41,798 bases of DNA from Nemertoderma westbladi. Its lineage: Eukaryota; Animalia; Xenacoelomorpha. The stretch covers positions 1 to 41,798 of the forward strand of contig JAUCBJ010002122.1 of NCBI GenBank assembly GCA_032718475.1, written 5' to 3'. Every line of letters begins with the position of its first letter. The stretch's first letter is position 1. Made by a program: the position numbers and the translations under genes. The notes under the pieces were generated by a model. That model was not told the origin of the DNA. It did not search any database and worked only from the letters and a program-made list of their open reading frames with translations. This document shows, piece by piece, positions 1-6,524 of the stretch.

Positions 1-13
1 AAGTAATATCAAA

Positions 14-3000
14 ATGGATATTATTAGACATTATACACGTTTGGGAATTCTTGATTATCCTAAAGTAGATATTCCAAATGTAACTCTGATTATAGGAATG
101 AATGCACCAGGGATACATCGACATTTGAATGAGAGTCCATATAATGGTCCTGACGAACCTTTCGCAGTGGAAACACCACTAGGATGGACAATGATAGGTT
201 CAATTACGACAGAAATTGAGAAAAATAGCACTGGCATCAAGAATTTCCATTTTATTCAATCACCTAAGAATGGCAATGTTGATTCAGACATACATGATGA
301 TATTTATATGCAGATTAACCATGATCCTGATCCAACAGAAGATGAGCATCAACTTGGACTCTCGAAAGTTGACAAACGTTGCATAGAAATTCGCAACAAG
401 ACATTGAAATTAGTCAATGGTCATTATTCCATGGGCATGCTATGGAAAACTGACAACCTCAAACTGGAAAATAATTTCCCATTAGCACTACAACGTTTAC
501 ATTCTTTAAAGAAACGTTTAGCAAAACGTCCAGATGTACTTCCCAAGTATAGGGAAATTTTACAGGGCTATCTGAATGAGGGGATGGCAGAATTGTTGAC
601 TCCCGAGCAAATTAAGACAACAACAGACAAGACATATTATTTGCCGACGCACTTTGTGGAAAATAAGACAAAAATAAGAATAGTAAACAATGCAGCAGCG
701 AAATACAAAGGGAAGAGTCTTAACTCGTACCTACATGAAGGTCCAAATATTTATAATACAATTTTCGGCATTTTGCTGAGATTCAGAAGACATAAGATCT
801 GTATTTTAGCAGACATTGAGAAAATGTTTTTGCAAGTAAGGACACCACCAGAGGACAATGACTGTATGAGGATCTTATGGTTCCAGAAACCAGTAGACTC
901 AGCAGAATTAGAAGATATTGATTCAGTACAAGTATTAAGGATGTTGGTAAAAGCATTTGGTTTAGCCGATTCACCTTATGCATCTACCTCTAGCCTTCAA
1001 CAGTGTGGTGTAGATAATTGTAACTCGTTTGCACCACCTATTATCAAAGCTATCAAGGAAAGTTTTTATGTCGATGATCTAATGGATTCAAAACCTACAG
1101 TAGAAGAGGCATACAAACTTTCTATAGGTCTAATTAACTGTGTAAAGTTAGGAGGTTTTAACCTGACAAAATTTCAGTCAAATTCAGAACAGCTTCTTAA
1201 TATGTTACCTGTAGGTAAAGTAGCACCTATATCAACTGCACCGATGCGATTGGAATTCGATGAAATTCCCGGAACACCTGTTGTAGAGCTACCTGAAGTG
1301 AGTAGGGCATTAGGGATCAGATGGTCACCTAAGACAGATAATTTCAGTTACTCAGCGAGTATAGCACCATGTAAGTTAACAAAACGTGGGTGCTATAGTT
1401 CGTTATATTCAATCTATGACCCTATTGGTTTCTTAACCCCACTAACTCTTAATGGCAAGATGCTGATGCGAGAAATGTGGAGGGAGAAACTTGGGTGGGA
1501 TATTAAATTACCACCATTTCTAGAATCAGAATGGTTAGCTTGGAGATCCCAGTTAGAAGGAATCTCGGAGTTGATAGTTAGTCGACCATATTTTAATAAC
1601 CGCCATGATGAGGATAAGTACGAATTACATCATTTCTGTGATGCATCTCAGTATGCATATGGTGCTGTATCATATTTGCGACAAATACCAAAAGATCCAA
1701 ACGAAGGTATTCAGACAGCCTTTGTAACATCTAAAGCAAGAGTAGCACCAATTAAACAGTTATCTATACCCAGATTAGAGCTGCAAGCTGCAGTAGTAGC
1801 TGTACAGTTAGCTTCAATTGTTAAGGCGGAACTAAGAATTGTAGACATGCCATTACAACATTACTATTGGTCTGACTCAACCACAGTTTTACAATACATT
1901 AATAATCAAACTGCTCGCTATAAAATGTTTGTAGCAAATAGAGTAACAGAGATTTCAGCAAGTTCTGAGCCTGATCAATGGTATTATGTTAAAACTCAAG
2001 TAAATCCTGCAGATCATTTAACAAAAGGACTAACAGCTGCCAAACTAGTTAAATCTGAAGACTGGTGGAATGGTCCAGACTTCCTGAAAGAAAAGGATGT
2101 GTTTGAAAAGCACAAACCCATTTCTCAAGACCCATTACTACAAAAGTTAGATAGTGATGCGGAAGTATACTCAGAACTACCATCAACTTCTCGGTTCTAT
2201 TATACATCGCCCGCACCACCAGAAAGTGAAGTAATTACAGACAAATTCGTATCATATTTTTCAAGTTTTCGGCAATCTGCGAGAGCACTATCATGGATTA
2301 GAAGACTTGTCCAATGGAGACGGGATCATATCAAACCTGCTCGAATATTAAATCTCGCAGAAATACAATCAAGTACAATAGCCATTATTAAGTATGAACA
2401 ACATAAAGTCTATAGGACAGAGATGGATGCATTGAAGTTAGGAAAAGAGATAAGTCCAAATTCTTCTCTTCGTACCTTATGTCCTAAATTCAGGGATGGC
2501 GACCAAATTCTTGTTGTTAATTCTAGAATTAAAAGGGCAACACACTTGTCATTAGCTGAGAGGGAACCAATCATTATTCCCAAGAATTCATTAATTATCC
2601 CAGGCTTGATTTGGGATTCACATACTCTTCTTATTCACAGAGGGGAGGATCATGTCTTATCACATTTAAGGAGAGAGTACTGGGTGATAAATGTCCGCCC
2701 TAGAATAAGAAAGGTTCTTAAAACATGCATAATTTGTAAAGCAATCCAGCATAAACTCTTACAGCCTCGTATGGCAGATTTACCAAAATCCAGAGTAGAC
2801 CATAACTCTGCTCCTTTTCAATATACAGGAGTAGATTATTGGGGTCCAATTGTTCTTAAAGTAAATAGAACAAGAGTCAAAGTTTACGGCGTTATGTATA
2901 CTTGCATGGCTAGTAGGGCTGTGCATTTGGATATCGCAGAGAATGCATCAACTGCAGCATTTATGGCCTCATTTCGGAGATTTATTTCTTCTAGGGGTAA

Positions 3001-3721
3001 TGTTCAAAATATGTACTCTGATTGTGGGAGTAATTTTGTAGGAGCTGAGAATGAGCTTCTCGAGGTTGCAGAAGCATTGAATAATGATCAAGAGTACATT
3101 AAATCTCAATTAAGTGCACGAAATGTAGAATGGAAATTCAATGCCCCATACAATCCTCATACAGGAGGAGCTTGGGAAAGAATGATAAGATCCGTTAAGC
3201 AAGGTTTGAAAGCGACGACAGATCGTATTGATACATTAGATGCATATAGAACTGCTCTTTGTGAGATACAGTATGCCATAAACAGCAGGCCTCTATTCGC
3301 ACCAGTAGAAGATCCTACAGGAATAACTCCGATAACTCCTAATGATATCTTGCTTGTAGGAGATTCACCGGCACTTACAGTGCAACCACCAGATACGAGA
3401 GAATTTAGTTCCAAAGACTCGTGGCGCCGTAGTGCGCAAATAGCAAACCAGTTCTGGGAGGTTTGGCAGCAACACTATCTTCCAACGCTGCTCAAACGAT
3501 CTAAATGGCAGGCGCCTTGTAGGAACGTAAGGATTGGTGACCTAGTTTTGGTCAACGACTCCCCAATCCAGCCTAGAAATCGCTGGAATATGGCGAGAAT
3601 CGTTGAGGTCTATCCTGGATCTGATGGCACTGTTAGGTCCGTAAAAATTAAAACAGGGCCCAAGGCATTCCAAATTAGAGGGGTAAACAAACTATGTCTC
3701 TTGGAGGCAGATGAAGCCTAG
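14..3721 (+). CDS. pol: Gag-Pol/Pol polyprotein of a BEL/Pao retrotransposon, 5'-partial (frame is open from position 2, so ATG 14 is probably internal)
   Basis: 1235 codons without a stop. Motifs: LIIG...PFAVETPLGWTMIG (protease C-terminal part); YYLPTH, SLNSYLHEGP, ADIEKMFLQV, FGLADSP, FYVDD (RT); FCDAS.YAYG, SKARVAP, IPRLEL, WSDS, FVANRV, NPAD (Pao-type RNase H); H-x4-H...C-x2-C, GVDYWGP, YSDCGSNF, GGAWERMIRSVK (integrase). Confidence 0.97.
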   Translation: MDIIRHYTRLGILDYPKVDIPNVTLIIGMNAPGIHRHLNESPYNGPDEPFAVETPLGWTMIGSITTEIEKNSTGIKNFHFIQSPKNGNVDSDIHDDIYMQINHDPDPTEDEHQLGLSKVDKRCIEIRNKTLKLVNGHYSMGMLWKTDNLKLENNFPLALQRLHSLKKRLAKRPDVLPKYREILQGYLNEGMAELLTPEQIKTTTDKTYYLPTHFVENKTKIRIVNNAAAKYKGKSLNSYLHEGPNIYNTIFGILLRFRRHKICILADIEKMFLQVRTPPEDNDCMRILWFQKPVDSAELEDIDSVQVLRMLVKAFGLADSPYASTSSLQQCGVDNCNSFAPPIIKAIKESFYVDDLMDSKPTVEEAYKLSIGLINCVKLGGFNLTKFQSNSEQLLNMLPVGKVAPISTAPMRLEFDEIPGTPVVELPEVSRALGIRWSPKTDNFSYSASIAPCKLTKRGCYSSLYSIYDPIGFLTPLTLNGKMLMREMWREKLGWDIKLPPFLESEWLAWRSQLEGISELIVSRPYFNNRHDEDKYELHHFCDASQYAYGAVSYLRQIPKDPNEGIQTAFVTSKARVAPIKQLSIPRLELQAAVVAVQLASIVKAELRIVDMPLQHYYWSDSTTVLQYINNQTARYKMFVANRVTEISASSEPDQWYYVKTQVNPADHLTKGLTAAKLVKSEDWWNGPDFLKEKDVFEKHKPISQDPLLQKLDSDAEVYSELPSTSRFYYTSPAPPESEVITDKFVSYFSSFRQSARALSWIRRLVQWRRDHIKPARILNLAEIQSSTIAIIKYEQHKVYRTEMDALKLGKEISPNSSLRTLCPKFRDGDQILVVNSRIKRATHLSLAEREPIIIPKNSLIIPGLIWDSHTLLIHRGEDHVLSHLRREYWVINVRPRIRKVLKTCIICKAIQHKLLQPRMADLPKSRVDHNSAPFQYTGVDYWGPIVLKVNRTRVKVYGVMYTCMASRAVHLDIAENASTAAFMASFRRFISSRGNVQNMYSDCGSNFVGAENELLEVAEALNNDQEYIKSQLSARNVEWKFNAPYNPHTGGAWERMIRSVKQGLKATTDRIDTLDAYRTALCEIQYAINSRPLFAPVEDPTGITPITPNDILLVGDSPALTVQPPDTREFSSKDSWRRSAQIANQFWEVWQQHYLPTLLKRSKWQAPCRNVRIGDLVLVNDSPIQPRNRWNMARIVEVYPGSDGTVRSVKIKTGPKAFQIRGVNKLCLLEADEA
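635..1330 (+). other. Reverse transcriptase domain (boundaries approximate)
   Basis: YYLPTH starts at 635, ADIEKMF carries the first catalytic Asp, YVDD is at 1067-1078, followed by GGFNLTKF and ALGIRW. Confidence 0.93.
1625..2090 (+). other. Pao-type RNase H domain (boundaries approximate)
   Basis: Acidic catalytic set present: FCDAS (D at 1640), PRLEL (E), WSDS (D), NPAD (D at 2012), ending in WWNGPDFL. Confidence 0.9.
2600..3715 (+). other. Integrase: HHCC zinc finger, DDE core and BEL/Pao C-terminal extension (DUF5641-like)
   Basis: HTLLIH...CIIC; D at 2834 (VDYWGP), D at 3020 (SDCG), E at 3176 (WER); C-terminal FWEVWQQHYLPTL...W.MARIVEVYPGSDGTVRSVKIKT. Confidence 0.92.
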
Positions 3722-3729
3722 TGAGTCAA

Positions 3730-3758
3730 GCGCGCGCGCGTATGTGTATGTATGTATG
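3730..3758. repeat. Alternating purine-pyrimidine tract, G(CG)5 followed by (TATG)n-like repeats
   Basis: GCGCGCGCGCGTATGTGTATGTATGTATG alternates strictly R/Y over 29 bp. Confidence 0.9.
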
Positions 3759-3768
3759 GCAGTGACAT

Positions 3769-3838
3769 TACTAATACTACTAATGTTACTAATATATACT
3801 TACTAATCATCTTACTAATTGTAAGCATTTCCTACTAA
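3769..3838 (+). repeat. Cluster of TACTAAT heptamers
   Basis: TACTAAT at 3769, 3778, 3787, 3801 and 3813, plus TACTAA at 3833. Confidence 0.9.
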
Positions 3839-4156
3839 AGGAAGTGGTTAAAAATTTGACATTGACAGTTAGCTAGGTTTGTAGAAAACAAGTTATTAAT
3901 TAATAGACTGTTTCTTGAAATTATAATATAGAAAATGTAGAAAACCAGAGATGCTCTATCATCTCATTAATTGTTAACTTCTTTATTGAATTTCTTTTCA
4001 TTTCTACTCTACGTACCGGTAGGAATCTCATTTGAGTGACTATTTATATTTTATTCTTTACTGAGACGGGACATAAAATATAATACTGTACATCTAGATG
4101 CCGGTACTGTAAAAAAGACCATGGCAAGGGGAGCGGTTTTTTTTTTTAACCGGTAG

Positions 4157-4239
4157 AGAGGAGTTGAGGGCAACATCGAATCGAATCAGTGGATCCAAAG
4201 AGGAGTTGAGGGCAACATCGAATCGAATCAGTGGATCCA
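4157..4239 (+). repeat. Two-copy tandem repeat, period 42 bp
   Basis: AGAGGAGTTGAGGGCAACATCGAATCGAATCAGTGGATCCA is identical at 4157-4197 and 4199-4239. Confidence 0.95.
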
Positions 4240-4660
4240 GAGCCGTCTAGATGAAGGACATATAAGAATAACCAATATGAAATGTATATTGTTGCTTTGT
4301 TGCTAGAGAGATGTTGCCAAGAAGATGATATTGTTAAATACCTCAATTTATGTTGAATATTTAATGGTTATGAGGGAAATATATAATTCATCTCTAGTTT
4401 ATTTAATGGAGATTATTGTATTATGTTAATGGAGATAAGATAATTATATACCGATAATAGCGATAATTGTTCAATTATGTGTTAGTCAATGATATTTTAA
4501 TGAAAGATTATGATTATATACGTAACGTTTAATCGTGATGATTTGCGATATTGGATTCGATGATTTTACTGACGAACTCAACTCGATTTAATTTCTTTGA
4601 AGATACCTTGGCAGTGTAAACTCAATTCACTGGAGATCGTATGGCTTGCAATGATCTTTT

Positions 4661-4863
4661 TACTCTAGCAGGCCAGGGATTTTGCGCCCGTTCGTTGATA
4701 CGAGATGTGGGTTCGGTTCATTTCGGCGTTTCGATTCGATTCGATTTTGGATCCTTTTGCAAGAGTCTTGTTACCGGTACTCTAGCAGGCCAGGGATTTT
4801 ACGCTCATTCGTTGATACGGCATGTCGGTTCGGTTCGTTTTCGGCGGCACGATTCGATTTTGG
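4661..4863 (+). repeat. Diverged two-copy repeat, period 117 bp, CpG-rich
   Basis: TACTCTAGCAGGCCAGGGATTTT is identical at 4661 and 4778. The copies continue with mismatches through TTCGTTGATACG, GGTTCGGTTC and CGATTCGATTTTGG. Confidence 0.9.
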
Positions 4864-5149
4864 CGCGCGTACGGGAAGGATACACCCTACTAGTCTATCT
4901 AAACAACCACAATCGATACTTTACATCCGCATTTAAATCGTATTTAAACAGGAAGCGGACGTAAATTTGTAACTTAGGACATATCGTATTTAATCATTAG
5001 TTTGTTCTTGAATATAAACGTTATATTTATATTATTTTATGTATTATTGTTCATTGCTGTAATAATTATTCTCCACTGTGTATATTGCATATTGATATAC
5101 CTAACCCTGACTGATATATCTAATTTGTATTGTAAAATTCGTGTAAGTA

Positions 5150-5247
5150 TATAAGGTGTTATATTTCCTTATGTTAATTTCTTTGTGTTTTATGTATTGT
5201 ATACAAATATATGTGTTACGTGCCATATACTATAAGGTGTTATATTT
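5150..5247 (+). repeat. 17-bp direct repeat, 81 bp apart
   Basis: TATAAGGTGTTATATTT at 5150-5166 and 5231-5247. Confidence 0.85.
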
Positions 5248-5622
5248 ACTTACGGTATGTTAACACTAATCCTGATACAACTTTCATATTTTTGTTAATT
5301 ATTTTGTATTATGATTATTTCTACCAGTTACATTGCGCTAATTTGATGTGCTTAGGCCGTGGTCAATAGTACTATTTTTCGTAATGATTCGAAATTCATT
5401 TCCAATTTTGTAGCACATATTTGAGAATAGTTTCTTTAGAATATTATAGATTATTTTCATTTTATCTTTATCTTACATTATTTATCAATAATGAAACTAT
5501 ATATATTTTCCTACAATGTTAAGATCATATTCGTTTAGAACGTTGATTTCTTCATTTAGTTAGATAATATCGGCTACCACTTTAATATTTATTTTTTTTA
5601 AGATATTTCGGTAAAACATCTT

Positions 5623-5631
5623 ACGGAGGAG
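5623..5631 (+). promoter_or_regulatory. Polypurine tract (plus-strand primer), short
   Basis: ACGGAGGAG lies 2 nt before TGTT, the usual PPT-NN-TG arrangement, and comes after a T-rich stretch. Confidence 0.7.
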
Positions 5632-5633
5632 TC

Positions 5634-6522
5634 TGTTCGCCTCTATTATCTAATATCATAGGAAATGTGCTGTGTCATATAGTATAGGTAGCGAGCATAC
5701 TAAGTTCTGATTGGATAAGCCGGTAGAATATGTAGAACGCCGTCCCGTCATATAAATGCCTGATTCAGAGCTGTATATTCAGTATTTGATTAGTAATTGT
5801 TCAATTCAGCACCTTAGCATTTTACCGGTAGCACAATTCAGACTTCACTCATTATGTATTGCCAGTTGACCTAGCTAGTTAGTTGAACTATTTTGTTATG
5901 CGATCTTCAGTCTAGAGTCTAGGTGGTCGCATCGTGTTTTATCTTTCTCACAGTGACTTATAGTAATTGGCAACTTACAATTAGTTTTAGTCAGTATAAT
6001 CAGCATTCATTCATTCTTATTCATACTGATTATAGCGTATGCTTTTCCATTTATTCTGCTATTTCATTATTATATCATATATTTATATTTACCGTGTATC
6101 GCAATCATACCAGCATTCAGTCTTCTTATAAGTCTTATTTTCAATACCGGTAATAATCATATTCAGATACCGTCGGACCGTATTATATTAACAGCCGGTA
6201 CCTTTATCAAGTACACTACCGGTAATGCAGTAATGAATTGCTAATGTACATGATAATACAAACATAGCCTTAGTCTTATTAATATTATTAAGTTATTTCT
6301 ATCAGTATGCGGGATGCGTAAGAGAGAATAGACAGCAGCGCCAGTCAGCTAGTGACCTGATCAAAACCAAATGCGACCACAAAAATTTAGTCTAGATTTG
6401 TACTTCCGGTAACCGCCTACAAGCTTTCACAGCCGCGCCTAATTTGACCGCTATCCCATTTTAGGCGCATTATAAAACATTGACCACCCGATATGACGGA
6501 TAGCTAGCTACACCCCCCAACA
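5634..6522 (+). repeat. Candidate 3' LTR, 889 bp
   Basis: Begins TGTTCG after the PPT and ends CCAACA (imperfect terminal inverted repeat, 5 of 6) right at the satellite boundary, with an internal core promoter. The partner LTR is outside the window, so the ends are inferred. I saw no canonical AATAAA. Confidence 0.8.
5707..5783 (+). promoter_or_regulatory. LTR Pol II core promoter: reverse CCAAT box, TATA box and TCAGT initiator
   Basis: CTGATTGG (CCAATCAG on the minus strand) at 5707-5714, TATAAAT at 5751-5757, TCAGT at 5779-5783 with its A (5781) exactly 30 nt from the first T of the TATA box. Confidence 0.75.
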
Positions 6523-6524
6523 TT

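Larger units (their letters stand above)
1..6522 (+). mobile_element. BEL/Pao-superfamily LTR retrotransposon, 3' part (the 5' LTR, gag and most of the protease lie upstream of the window)
   Basis: Domain order PR-RT-RNaseH-IN in one frame with BEL/Pao-type motifs, followed by a purine tract and a TGTT...AACA-bounded segment with a core promoter that ends exactly where the satellite begins. Confidence 0.95.

Noticed and set aside
55-3414. Short minus-strand ORFs at 55-240, 783-983 and 3157-3414
   Set aside because: They are antisense shadows of the pol frame with no recognisable motifs.
4111-4147. Bacterial rho-independent terminator
   Set aside because: The context is a eukaryotic retroelement and the stem is mostly A-U. 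Kept only as a possible RNA hairpin.
4146-4346. 66-aa minus-strand ORF with repeated GSTDSIRCCPQLL
   Set aside because: Non-ATG start, and the repeat is just the 42-bp duplication. No other coding evidence.
4569-4610. Hammerhead ribozyme core (CTGACGA)
   Set aside because: No stem II followed by GAAA. The satellite's CTGATTGATGA does not fit the core either.
5254-5328. Mini-intron (GTATGT ... TTTCTACCAG)
   Set aside because: The ends are plausible but no flanking coding exons were found, and such matches are common in AT-rich DNA. It would need RNA-seq support.
5923-6153. 76-aa hydrophobic ORF (possible env or membrane peptide)
   Set aside because: It starts at GTG, lies inside the LTR, and its F/I/Y/S bias simply reflects T-rich DNA.
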